The notes under the pieces are model-generated. The model made no database searches. It was given only the letters and a program-made list of their open reading frames with translations, and was not told the DNA's origin. A stretch of DNA of 64,000 nucleotides, from assembly GCA_951406725.2 (NCBI GenBank), contig OX597838.1:7874001-7938000 (forward strand). The letters run 5' to 3'. The stretch comes from Octopus vulgaris (taxonomy: Eukaryota). A program made the position numbers and the translations under genes. Position 1 is the stretch's first letter; the number at the start of each line of letters is the position of its first letter. Positions 43,785-56,612 of this stretch are shown here, piece by piece.

Positions 43785-44079
43785 ATATATATGTATTGCA
43801 TCTCCTGCTCTCTCTGCCATTCTCTGTACATCGGAGAAACGGGACGCCGCTTGGCTGACCGGTTCGCGGAACACCTCCGAGACATCCGCCTCGGCAATGA
43901 CACCCCGGTCTCACGCCATTTCCACTCTACCGGTCACTTTTTGCAACACCTGTCCGTGTTCGGATTGTCCTTGCACAGAGGCCATCCTGACTCCCGTTTT
44001 GGGCCGTGAACACGGATTGGTCATCTCTCTTCGATCCTTTACGCCATTTGGGCTCAACTCTCCTCCCATCTTCATCTAA
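43785..44079 (+). pseudogene. Penelope-like element GIY-YIG endonuclease fragment
   Basis: [32 protein letters not shown]...PVSRHF..GH, then a frameshift into [18 protein letters not shown]: the CxxC/YIGET/R..EH/H/PxGLN signature of PLE endonucleases. Confidence 0.9.
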
Positions 44080-44775
44080 CCTCCTCCCCTTGCGTCTCTC
44101 CCCCTCCCTTCTACTTCCTCTCACCCAACTTTCCTCTCTTGACCCGAATCCTACTTCTCTTCACCCCTACTTCTCTTCACTCCTACTTCTCTTCACCCCT
44201 ACTCTCTTTCTCTCTTCTGTCTTACTCTCTTCCCTCTTTCTCTCTTCTCTCTTACTCTCTTTCTCTCTTCCCTCTTTCTCTCTTCTCTCTTACTCTCTTT
44301 CTCTCTTCCCTCTTTACCTCTTCTCTCTTACTCTCTTTCTCTCTTCTCTCTTTCTCTCTTCTCTCTTACTCTCTTTCTCTCTTCTCTCTTTCTCTCTTCT
44401 CTCTTTCTCTCTTCTCTCTCACTCTCTTTCTCTCTTCTCTCTTGCTCTCTTTCTCTCTTCTCTCTTTCTCTCTTTCTCTCTTACTCTTTCACTCTCTCTT
44501 TCTCTCTTCTCTATATATATACTAAAGTATGTATGTATATATGGACATTCAGTATGTGGTGACTGTCTAATGGAGACACATTGGTTCTTTTCCCACTCCA
44601 TTTATTCCCCTCTCCTCGTCTATACTTTCCGTAGAAGAGCGTACGCTCAAAAGTGTAAAACATTTTCCCTATTCTTTTTTTTTCTGAGCGTAAATCTAAT
44701 TCATTCAGTTTTACTTTTACTTCGTCTTAGTGATTTATTTAATTTTTGTTGTATATATATATATATATATATTCT

Positions 44776-44828
<53 letters not shown>

Positions 44829-44930
44829 TTTACTTCTTCGTGTTCCCGAGTGTCAATCTAATACACCTGTTCGTTGTTTATACAACTGTCTTCCTGTCTT
44901 CGTCTGTTGTTTTTCTGTAAATTTCAACTG
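44080..44930 (+). mobile_element. CT-rich 3' region and degenerate pseudo-LTR pieces of the same PLE
   Basis: CCGTAGAAGAGCGTACGCTCAAAAGTGTAAAA and CTAATACA...CTTCGTC resemble 18700-18830. Confidence 0.6.
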
Positions 44931-45007
44931 TATATATATATATATATATATGTATTTATATTTAAATTTATATATATATATATATAATATATATATATAT
45001 TTATATC

Positions 45008-45131
<124 letters not shown>

Positions 45132-45134
45132 TTT

Positions 45135-45830
45135 ATTCTTTTATTCTTTTACTTGTTTCAGTCATTTCACTACGGCCTTGGTAGAGCACCGCCTTTAGTA
45201 GAATAAATTGATCCTAGGACTTATTCTTTGTAAGCCAAGTATTTATTCTAACGGTCTGTTTTGTCGAATCGCTAAGTTACGGGGATGTAAACACACCAAT
45301 ACCGGTTGTCAAGTTATGGTGGGGGGGAACAAACACAGACACACATATACACACACATACATACATATATACGACGGACTTTTTTCAGTTTCCGTCTAGC
45401 AAATCCACTCATAAGGCCTTGGTCGGTCGAGGTTATAGTAGAAGACACTTGCCCAAGGTGCCACGCTGTGGGACTGAACCCTGAACCATGTGGCCTCGGG
45501 CCGTCCGAAGCCTTGGTGATTTGGGAATCGTGTAGATTTGGTAGACGGAAGCTGAAAGAAGCCCATCGTATATGTATGCATGTGTAGCATGTATGTATGT
45601 GTGTATATATGTATGTATGAGTGTAGTCTATGTGTGTGTCTCTTTATGTCTGCGTTGCCCCCACCACCACCACCACCACCACCACCATCACTTGATAACC
45701 GATGTTGATGTATACTAGGTTTACAAAGAATAAGTTTTGGGGTTGATTTGTTCGGCTAAAAATATTTAAGGCTGTGCTCCAGCGTGGCCGTCGTCAAATG
45801 ACTGAAGCAAGCAAACGAATAAAAGAATAA
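45135..45830. mobile_element. Two head-truncated SINE B copies fused head-to-head (- then +)
   Basis: Minus copy ends at GAACCATGTGG (~45493); plus copy starts CCTCGGGCCG and ends with the CAAATGACTGAAGCAAG tail. Confidence 0.8.
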
Positions 45831-47188
45831 CTGAATACACGTCCATGTTAATAATACTTCTATAAATCTGTCGATAATCCCATTTTCACACGGCTGCTAA
45901 TCTGTTTACACATGTAATAGCGTACCAGTTGCTCCACACTGCCTTATTTGCAAAAGCAGTCGCAGCCTCGTTTCCGACGGCGATACATTAACAAAGACAC
46001 GTCGTTTGATATCCGATGGATTACGTCAGGGTTGCTCTTTGATACTGCCGCACGTACATACTTACATACAAAACAACATACGAACATACATTCAGACATA
46101 CTCACATACACACATATATACATAATACCATCCATCCATACATACATACATAAATACATATATATACATACATACAAATATACGTACATAATACATATAC
46201 ATACAAACGTACGTACAGAACACATACATAATACACACACACATACACACACACATATATATATATATATATATGCATACATAATATATACAAGGATACA
46301 TACATACATACATACATACATGAATCCAAACATGCATACATATATACAAGTATACATTCATTCGTACATACATACATGCATACATATACACATGTATACA
46401 TACTTAAGTACATACCTACATACATACATATATACATACATACATACATACATACATACATACATACATACATACATACATACATACATACATGTATACA
46501 TGCATACAAATATACATGCATACATACATACATACATAAGTACATACATGCATACATACATATGTGCAGACATAATTATTAAATACATACATGAATACAT
46601 GCATACATATATGCATATATACATATACACATATATACATCCATGCATACATACATACGCATGTGGATTGCGTCACTAGCCGTATTGTATGTGATATTAT
46701 TTGCAATATCATGGACAAGGAATAAATAAATCAATCTAAGTTGATATCCTTTTCCAGATTGAGATTAAAGGGATTATATGACTTCTCATATGGTTGAAAA
46801 TGTTGATATCGGTATTTGATATCCAGATATCTGAAACCTCGAGTTATATCGTACTAATTTCCTCTCTCTGCAGATTATACGCTCTTGCTATCAAGAAACA
46901 CAATGAGACTCTCTTATAGCGACGGTGCTGCTCTCTTTTGGAAGCCGTTTGAAGATGCCAAATAATAAATGGACGCCTTGATATAGCGGCTTCTTTGTTA
47001 GCATTATCATGTGACCGAACATTGGATTGTGTTGTTGTTGTTTTTGTTTTATTCCTTCTTTTTTTTCTTTTTCAATTTTCGTGTGACCCATTCCAGACGA
47101 TAATACGTAATAATTCTCCATTAGATCTTTTAACAACCGCCAATGGGAAACGAACTTTTCTTATTCATATTGTTAATCGTATTCTCAT

Positions 47189-47748
47189 GTGGAGGCGCAA
47201 TGGCCCAGTGGTTAGGGCAGCGGACTCGCAGTCATAGGATCGCGGTTTCGATTCCCAGACCGGGTGTTGTGAGTGTTTATACTAGTTACATGCGATGTCC
47301 GTGGAGGCGCAATGGCCCAGTGGTTAGGGTAGCGGACTCGCAGTCATAGGATCGCGGTTTCGATTCCCAGACCGGGTGTTGTGAGTGTTTATACAAGTTA
47401 CATGCGATGTCCGTGGAGGCGCAATGGCCCAGTGGTTAGGGTAGCGGACTCGCAGTCATAGGATCGCGGTTTCGATTCCCAGACCGGGTGTTGTGAGTGT
47501 TTATACTAGTTACATGCGATGTCCGTGGAGGCGCAATGGCCCAGTGGTTAGGGTAGCGGGCTCGCAGTCATAGGATCGCGGTTTCGATTCCCAGACCGGG
47601 TGTTGTGAGTGTTTATACTAGTTACATGCGATGTCCGTGGAGGCGCAATGGCCCAGTGGTTAGGGCAGCGGACTCGCAGTCATAGGATCGCGGTTTCGAT
47701 TCCCAGACCGGGTGTTGTGAGTGTTTATACAAATTACATGCGATGTCC
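47189..47748 (+). repeat. Five tandem 112-bp units (SINE A1 head plus 20-bp linker)
   Basis: GTGGAGGCGCAATGG starts at 47189, 47301, 47413, 47525, 47637 and 47749. Confidence 0.95.
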
Positions 47749-48136
47749 GTGGAGGCGCAATGGCCCAGTGGTTAGGGTAGCGGACTCGCGGTCATAGGAT
47801 CGCGGTTTCGATTCCCAGACCGGGCGTTGTGAGTGTTTCTTGAGCGAAAACACCTAAAAGCTCCACGAGGCTCCGGCATGGGGATGGTGGTGATCCCTGC
47901 TGTACTCTTTCACCACAACTTTCTCTCACTCTTACTTCCTGTTTCTGTTGTACCTGTATTTCAAAAGGGCCGGCCTTGTCACTCTCTGTGTCACGCTGAA
48001 TATCCCCGAGAACTGCGTTAAGGGTACACGTGTCTGTGGAGTGCTCAGCCACTTACACGTTAATTTCACGAGCAGGCTGTTCCGTTGATTCGGATCAACC
48101 GGAACCCTCGTCGTCGTAACCGACGGAGTGCTTCCA

Positions 48137-48137
<1 letters not shown>
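47749..48137 (+). mobile_element. Full-length SINE A1 with (ACT)n tail
   Basis: Near-identical to 15927-16313. Confidence 0.92.
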
Positions 48138-48171
<34 letters not shown>

Positions 48172-48208
48172 TTGTTGTTGTTATTATTATTATTGTTATT
48201 GTTATTAT

Positions 48209-48420
48209 TAAGGCGGCGAGCTGGCAGAATCGGTAGCGCACCGGGTAAAATACTGAACGACATTTCGTCTGCTGTTACGTTCTGAGTTTAAATTCTGCCG
48301 AGGTCGACTTTGCCTTTCATCCTTTCGGGGTCGATTAAATAAGTACCAGTTACAGACTGGGGTCGATGTGATCGACTTACTCCCTTCCCTCAAATTTCAG
48401 GCCTTGTGCCTTTAGTACAA
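48209..48420 (+). mobile_element. Full-length SINE family C between (TTA)n tracts
   Basis: AAGGCGGCGAGCTGGCAGAATC...CAGGCCTTGTGCC, then (ATT)n. Confidence 0.85.
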
Positions 48421-48469
48421 ATTATTATTATCATTATTATTATTATCCTCATTATTATTATTATTATTA

Positions 48470-48540
<71 letters not shown>

Positions 48541-48624
48541 TTTATTATTGTTGTTGTTGTTGTAATTATTATTATTATTACTACTACTACTACTATTATT
48601 ATTATTATTATCATCATTATTATT

Positions 48625-48856
48625 CAGTAATCTTATTTTTATCATGTGCTTTCACTGCCCTACCGAGCGCAGATCTATGTGCCTTGGATATGTGCTGTGG
48701 TTTGTTGTGATGCTCTTATTTTTACTGTATTGAAAGTGTTTTATGTAGGATGTGTGCGATGCCCAGTAGTGCTATTTTCTGTAAGTTATATATATTTGTA
48801 AGTCCTTTGTTGTGTATTTGTCTGAATATTTATTTATCATACCTAATTCACCTACT
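48625..48856 (-). mobile_element. Dong-type subfamily 1, short 3' fragment
   Basis: Colinear with 58105-58348; same terminus ...ACTG|AATAATAAT. Confidence 0.85.
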
Positions 48857-48992
48857 TCATATAAATATTAGCGGTCTGACGTAGTCAGCAATTCGTAGTT
48901 TGGTCTTCGAAGTATTGATTGTTGGTTTGTAAAAGACTGGTGGTTCGTTACGTGTCTGTTACTGCCGCTGTTTCTATTTCGTATTGTTATAA

Positions 48993-49468
48993 CGTATGAG
49001 ATGGCTTGGGCATGTTAGCTGTATGAAAGATGGCAGAATCCCCAAGGACATACTCTACGGAGAGCTTGCTAGGGGTACTAGCTCTGTGGGAAGACCTTCC
49101 TACGTTACAAGGATGTTTGCAAAAGGGACATGAAGGCCTGCAACATCAATATTAGCAATTGGGAAGCAGTTGCTAGCAACCGTGGTGATTGGCGGCGTAC
49201 CGTAAAAGAGGGAACACAAAGGAGTGACAGAGAGAGAGAGAGGAGAAATAGAAAGACAAGAAAAGACGTCAACAAGAAACTATGACATTACAACCAGCCA
49301 GGAACAGTCTTCGCTACATTTGCGGTACCTGCCAGAGGGAGTGTTTGTCCAGGATAGGACTACACATCCACAGCAGGAAATGTATTAGGACATGAAATGT
49401 AAAAGCCGGACTAGATTATTTTATGCGCAACTCCATTGTCTCCCGAGACGAAAAGGATGCCAACAACA
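48993..49468 (+). mobile_element. RTE-BovB-like LINE 3' end
   Basis: RMRWLGHVSCMKDGRIPKDILYGEL..G....GRP/RYKDVCKRDMK...W..A.NR..WR; C-terminal CGTC...SRIGLHIHSRKC finger; (CAA)n tail. Confidence 0.9.
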
Positions 49469-49786
49469 GTGCAATCTTTACCTATCGTCGACAATATCAA
49501 CCGTATTAGAAGCGCAAGAATATAACGATATACTTACTTGGAAAAAGATACTTGGCGTTCGATCATATAATAATATAAATAACATATAAATATATATGCA
49601 TATAAACATATATATATGTACATACCTACATACATATGTATATATACACGCATATATGGGTACAGGGCATTAAAAAAACGTTGAACACAATGAGAAACGG
49701 AAACATAAAAACAAAAACAGAGAAACGAGACGATCAACATAAAGAATATTCCCCTTCATCAGTTGTCCCTGTTTCTTCTACTCCCC

Positions 49787-50062
49787 GTACCAGTTATGCA
49801 TTGGGGTCGATATAGTCGACTTAATCTGTCTGTCTGTTCTTGTTTGTCCCTTCTGTGTGTAGCCCATTGTGGGCAGGAAAGAAATAAGAAGCGTTAGCAC
49901 GCCGGTCGAGATGCTTAGCGGTATTTCGTCCGTCTTCACTTTCTGAGTTCAAATTCCGCCAAGGTCGACTTTGCCCTCTTCATTTTTTCGGGTTCGATAA
50001 ATTTTGTACCATTTTGTTATCGACCTACGTCTTCCCCGAAACTGCTGGCTTTGTGCCAAATT
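49787..50062 (+). mobile_element. SINE family C tail joined to a second head-truncated unit
   Basis: ...AAAGAAATAAGAAGCGTTAGCACGCCGG junction, as at ~14570. Confidence 0.75.
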
Positions 50063-50189
50063 TTGATGCGATTATTAATTGTTTTGTTATTCATTTTGTA
50101 CACAAATGTTGTGCATAACCCCTACTTGGCCCTCATGTCGTCTCACCTCTATTTGTTTTGTGTTCGGCCCTTGTGACCAATAAAGAAAA

Positions 50190-50305
50190 GATTATCACTA
50201 TTATTATTATTATTATTATTATTGATGTTGTTGTTGTTTTTGTGGTTGTTGCTTTCATTATTATTTGTATTATTGCTATTGTTGCTATCATTATTATTAT
50301 TATTA

Positions 50306-50348
<43 letters not shown>

Positions 50349-50467
50349 CATTATTATTATTATTATTATCATTATTATTATTATTACCATTATTATTATT
50401 ATTATTATTATTATCATTATTATCATTATTATTATTATTATTATTATCATTATTATTATTATTATTA

Positions 50468-50526
<59 letters not shown>

Positions 50527-50556
50527 CATTAATATCATCATCATCATCATCATTAT
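50190..50556. repeat. (ATT)n/(ATC)n tract
   Basis: Directly visible. Confidence 0.95.
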
Positions 50557-51669
50557 GACTATTGTCTTTCATTGTTCATCACGTTACTGTTCTTGTTACT
50601 TCTATTTCCCACAGCTGACATTCAAGAAACTTCAATTAACTAAAAGCTTCTAAAGAACAACAACAACAACACCAACAACAACAACAAAACCAAAACGCAA
50701 AACAAACAAATCAAGCAGACAAACAAACAGACAAGAAAGCAAGCAACAACAAGACTATAAACTATATTTCGCTTAGAAATCGTAAATAAACGAAATGAAC
50801 TTGAAGTTGACAGTCTCACAATTCAGCGTCAATTTTACAAATGTCTCCACAGAATTCTCGTCCGCTGTATTAGCATCTTTTTTGTAGCAAAAAAAGAAAA
50901 TCTTAATTGCTCTTTGAAATATTACTAATCAGCAAGTTGTTGCCAAGAAACTATAAGGAAAAAATTTTAATTGTTAATCCGTAGTGGCTCCGAGAATTTA
51001 TTTTGCGATTTTTTTTCAGTTAACACTTGTAAGGAAAAAATAATTATTATATCGTTAAAGTTGTAAAGAGAAATTTTGCTATAGGGAAAAAAATAAAATA
51101 TGGCTGGAAAAATATTTGAAAATAGGGAAATTGTGGCGAAAATAAATAAAAATGCTGCGAGCATATTTATTTGTAAGCAATATTTTGTGTGCTTTTGTGT
51201 ACGGCAACTTTGTGGTCATTTATTAAAGTGAATGAGTGTGTTTGCGTGGTATATAGACAGATATATAACGATGTATGTATAAAAATATGCATATATATAT
51301 GTGTGCGTGTGTGTGTGTGTATGTATACATAATATACATACATATATATATATATATAAACCTGCCGTTTATATGTAGCTGTAGGTATGTATGTGTGTGA
51401 ATTTGTTTTGTGTTTGTGTCCCGTTCCACCTCTTGACAACCGGTGTTAGTTTGTTTACTGCGAGGTTCTACTGTATCATATTTAAAGCATTTTAGAGATA
51501 CTGTTTAAATAGGTGAAAAAAACTACCCCCACCAAAAACAAAACTGTAACGCTGCTTGTATCACTTCCTACAGCCACCTCCCACATCCATATATATTTGC
51601 CTCCATTAGCTACATGGATGTTGCCACGCCCACTTGAAAAGTACTGCAATAGCTTTTAAATCTAAAATA

Positions 51670-52040
51670 TACAACCAGTTACTGCCTAGAGATAATACAA
51701 AATATGTTATTTCCTAACAATAATACAAAAATTGATTAATTCCAATCAGAAATCCAAAATAAGTTATTTTCTATTATTTAGCCAAATTGGGTTATTTCCT
51801 ACCAATAAAACAAAATCGATTAATTGCAATCAATAAGCTGAAATAAGTTATTTCCTTTTAATAAGCCCAACTGAGTTATTCCTTATCAGTAAACTAAACT
51901 AAGTTATTTTCTATCGATATCATAAATGTTATTATCACTTATCAATATCACAAAATAGGTTTATTTTCAAACTAAAATACTTAATAAATTATTTTTAATA
52001 AATAAAAGAGAATTGTTTATTTTCAATCAATAATAGGGAA
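51670..52040. repeat. Degenerate 28-bp-period AT-rich tandem repeat
   Basis: GTTATTTCC-like cores at 51678, 51706, 51735, 51763, 51791, 51819, 51847, 51875 and 51903. Confidence 0.75.
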
Positions 52041-52385
52041 AAAATGATATTTATTAGCAACGAAACAAAACGATATATCTCCTATGGGTAACCTACAATA
52101 AAGGTTATTAACAATCTAAAAAGGAAGGATAAATAAACTAAATAAAAGCTAATTATCAAAAATAGGAAATTTTCCTAAAATTATAATTATGATATATTTA
52201 TATAGGTGGACGTACGTGTAATGAGTTCGCTTCCTAAAAATGGTTTCTGGTTTTTCTAGGTTTCTGGGTTAGATTTCGTCAGACGCTATAAAAGGTAAAT
52301 AAGTTTTACAGCTGAGACGGGACGATTGATAAATAAAGACCAGAAGCTGTTAATACTATTCTAAATTTTTAGGGATGATGAATCA

Positions 52386-52582
52386 TGTACATTATTTACA
52401 ATGGACGGATAGGTGTCCTCACTGTGTTTGTTGTTATGACAACGTTTCGTCTGATGTGCTCTTCAGCCTTCATTAGGGTTGGGTTCGAATTTCCCCCACA
52501 AAAACTGTTGTTATCTGCCGAAACGATGTGATAACAACAATTAAGATGAGGACACCTATCCGCCCACAGAAAATAATGTACA
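52386..52582. mobile_element. Inverted repeat resembling paired PLE pseudo-LTR ends
   Basis: Arms 52386-52449 and 52519-52582; minus strand CTAATGA-A-GGCTGA..TCAGAC-GAAA-CGTTG-TC. Confidence 0.55.
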
Positions 52583-53003
52583 GAAATTTATCAGAAGGAA
52601 ACTGTAGAGAAACCCTCCTATATAAATGCATTTGTGTATGTGCGTGTTCATTATATATGCACATACATACGAGATATATAAAACACGTCTATATGCGTGT
52701 ATATGTCTTTGTATACACATACACAAATTAGTAGATAGTGAGAGTCCTAGAAAGTGGTTCCTGTAATTTCTTATAGATAGAGAGATAGATACAGACACAC
52801 AGACACACAGACACACAGACACACAGGCAGAGGAAAAGGACATCAAAACCAAGGCAGGACGAGTATCTCAAGTTATTTATAATAATTTAGGGTGAGGTGG
52901 ATTTGAAGTCCTACAGATGGTTCTGGGATATCTCAAGTGATCGGCTACCATGTCCATACACTGGGTATTCCGTCATCAGAGACGAGGTGATATATAGATA
53001 TAG

Positions 53004-53034
<31 letters not shown>

Positions 53035-53959
53035 TGTATGTATGTATGTATGCATGTATATATATATATGTTGCATTACATATAATGCATTATATCATAA
53101 ATGTGTGTGTGTGTGTGTTTGTTTGGGTCTTAATCATTATGCTAGGAAATCAACAATTGGAAAATAATTTAAGGATTGCAAGAGAATTCAAATTTCGAAG
53201 AACGTATGTAAGTATGATTTATTGCGTATATTATTGCAACATGAGAACTTGCTTTGCGTCTCAAAATGTCTCTTCGGAGAAATAATTCGCGTTTTGTAAT
53301 GGATCCGTTATAGACATACGCGAAGATATACAGCAAAAACTCGAGAGAATTTACAAGAAACAACCAACAAATACATGAGGATCGGACAAGAAGAAGAGAG
53401 CAATATTATGCTCAAGAGCAACGTATGACGATAAGCCAGCAGCTGAAGAAAGAAAAGCCACGTGAGTTTCGAGTTTGATGAATTTCTATCTAGAAAGAAA
53501 ATCGAAAGCAATTATTTTCAAAACCCGCCAATTAAAAATCTATGCAATTTGAGTAACTTCAAGCTGAAACAATGCAGATAAACGCTTCAAAAATCATTTA
53601 TTACGTCTGCAAAACAGCATGAATAGAATACTTTGAGAAAAAACAATGATTGCTAGAATTGGTTTTGAGTATCTGCTGCTTAACAATTTTGACTGATACC
53701 TGAGACATCCAAAGAGCGATTGTCCTTGAGGATATAAATGATGGAGGGGTACTTCTCGCTTATTTTGTTTCCTACTTTTGTCATTTCCTATTCAACCGTT
53801 TGAATTCATTGTATTCATGACTGCCGACGAGCAAAGCCATTTATAATCATATATGGCTTATAACATACATACATACATACATACATACATACATACATAC
53901 ATACATGCATACATACATACATACATACATACATACATACATACATACATACATACATA

Positions 53960-54070
53960 GATGAAGTGTTTTTTTCTCAAGAACACAACGCGTCACCCGG
54001 TCCAAGAATCGAAACCACAATCTTACGAACATGGGGCTGACACCCTAACCACTAAGCCACGCGCCTCCAC
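53960..54070 (-). mobile_element. SINE family A2 head
   Basis: Reverse complement of 5724-5832. Confidence 0.85.
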
Positions 54071-54086
54071 TAAATACGTATATATG

Positions 54087-54147
<61 letters not shown>

Positions 54148-54178
54148 ATATATATCCATATATATATATGTATGCTAA

Positions 54179-54242
<64 letters not shown>

Positions 54243-55224
54243 TATACATAAATACAGATATAAATAAAATATATATTTATGCATATGTATGTGTAAATTT
54301 ATTCATTATATATATGTGTGTGTTTGTGTCTGTGTATGTGAGTGTGTGTGTCTGTGCATGCGTACCTATGTGTGTGTGTGTGTGTCTATGTGCGTGTGAA
54401 TTCATCTCGGTTAAGTGTGCCGGTAATATATATATATATACATGTCAAAAACAAAAATTCAGCAACGAACGCTAGAAAACTGCTGTGTACACAGCAACGA
54501 TATGATATCGGCATCTCTTCAACATCGCCATTGTAGTATCTGCTCGGCCCTGAGTATTTAGCTTTTTGACAGATCGAAATGCAATTATCGCTATATGCAA
54601 ATTGATCAGATGGGAAAAAGCAAGGCCTATTTTACACGTTAAATGACATTGAAAGCTATCGATTGTCATCATCGGCGAAGTCCACTCGAACCGAAAGCCG
54701 TAACAAGAGTATCGATGAACGTCAAACGGCTGACTCGAGGTCATGGCTTCATTTTTGTTTTCTGTGTTTATCGCTTCTTTCTTCATTTGTTTCTTACAGT
54801 TTCTCTTTCGCACGAACATTGTTTCCTCAACATGATCACGTTTCAGCTGTGAAAATGTCAGATTCAATCAAGCGTTCACGAAACAGCGTTTATTTGATTT
54901 TGTTATTCCATTAGAAAACTCATTATCTTTATTCAATTATTATCGCCACCCCTTTCTTCTGACTACGTAATTACAACACCCATCTTTCTTCTCGAGGTAA
55001 AAGTATACGATTCTGGAGTGAGGTACCCCGCCAAACGTACCACCTGTTTCAATACTTCATTAAGTAATTATTGCTCCGTTGTTACCATCATCAATGCAAT
55101 GAGGTTTTCAACTTGATTGTTGCCATTAACGATATTGGTAATTTCCTCACTTACAGAATCGTCAACGGCATTTGTATTATCATTATTATTATCATTATTA
55201 TTATCATTATTATCATTATTATTA

Positions 55225-55264
<40 letters not shown>

Positions 55265-55401
55265 CATTATTATTGTTGTTGTTGTTGTTCTTCTTCTTCT
55301 TCTTCTTGTTCTTGTTATTATCATCATCATCATCGTTGTCATCATCATCATTATTATGATTATGATTATCATGATGATTATTATTATTTTTATTATTATT
55401 A

Positions 55402-55494
<93 letters not shown>

Positions 55495-55511
55495 TCATCA
55501 TCATCAGCCTC

Positions 55512-55682
55512 ATTGCCTTTGCACAGCTACTAACGCTGGAGTTGTACTATGGTGTCAGCTGTTCACTACCAGTGACCTATGGTAACACCTTATATTTTTC
55601 GAGCACCTTCCGGAGTACTCGAGCGGTTCTAGGCAGTGCTGTTTTCTGCAAGTGTTCCACCCTTATTGCAGCCCCTATATGC
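55512..55682 (-). mobile_element. Dong-type subfamily 3, short 3' fragment
   Basis: Minus strand IGAAIRVEHLQKTALPRTARVLRKVLE; 3' UTR matches 60023-60095; flanked by triplet arrays. Confidence 0.82.
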
Positions 55683-55707
55683 TATTATTATTATCATTAT
55701 CATTAAT

Positions 55708-55774
<67 letters not shown>

Positions 55775-55775
<1 letters not shown>

Positions 55776-56143
55776 TCTTTTTCTTCTTTCAAATTTGCTT
55801 CCATTTCTTGCCGAGTGTCTTCCCGACTCCTAGGGCAAAGAAACTCATAGTATACATTGGTAGGCCATTAAACCAAACTCAGTAGTTCGTTCATCTTTTT
55901 TTTTTTTTTTGAAGTTAAATTAAAATACATGAGCAGCAACAGTTCTCACATCGACAATGCTCTTCTCAATACGTGTGATGTACCAGTTAAGACAATCTTT
56001 TGCACTTCTTGCAGGGATGGTAAGCCAGGGATCATTCTCATATAATTTTCGGTTCCCTTCTTGATCATTCCTAGTGCTCCTACGATCACTGGTATTGTGA
56101 CCGCCTTGAGATGCCACATTTTCTCAATTTCAATGAGTAGGTC

Positions 56144-56146
<3 letters not shown>
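55775..56146 (-). mobile_element. Dong-type subfamily 2, 3' fragment
   Basis: KDLLIEIEKMWHLKAVTIPVIVGALGMIKKG...QKIVLTGTSHVLRRALSM* plus a 3' UTR; (TTA)n on both sides. Confidence 0.88.
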
Positions 56147-56209
<63 letters not shown>

Positions 56210-56334
56210 TATTATTATTATCATCATCATCATCATGAAAAACAACATTCATCTCTTCGTGAACTTGAAATAACGTGACAGTCTCCCGCCTAATAAAAAA
56301 TTTCATTTTTCCCAAAATAAACTATAAACTAAAA

Positions 56335-56612
56335 CCGGCATTCCGTCACTTACGACGACGAGGGTTCCAGTTGATCCGATCAACGGAATAGCCTGCTCAC
56401 GAAATCAACGTGCGAGGGACTGAGCACTCCACAGACACGCGTACCCTTAAAATAGTTCTTAGAAAAATTCAACGTGATATTGAATGGGACACAGGGCTGA
56501 CCGTTTGAACTACAAGTGCCACCCGTTTTGCCAGCCGTGAGAACTTAAGCAACGTGAAATAAAGTGACTTGCTCAACGATGCAACGCGTCGTCAGGAATT
56601 GAACACGCGACC
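56335..56612 (-). mobile_element. Diverged SINE with A2-type body and A1-type 3' tail
   Basis: Tail ACGACGAGGGTTCCAGTTGATCCGATCAACGG matches 16250-16295 reversed; the body GCAACGTGAAAT..TTGCTCAA matches 5813-5842 reversed. Confidence 0.7.

Noticed and set aside
46874-46970. Strong-looking splice acceptor CCTCTCTCTGCAG
   Set aside because: All three frames close within ~95 nt and no clear donor follows.
47189-47860. CRISPR-like repeat-spacer array
   Set aside because: Spacers are nearly identical, repeats are ~92-bp SINE heads, there are no cas genes, and the context is eukaryotic.
53310-53500. Purine-rich coding-like stretch
   Set aside because: Stops in all + frames and no recognisable motif.
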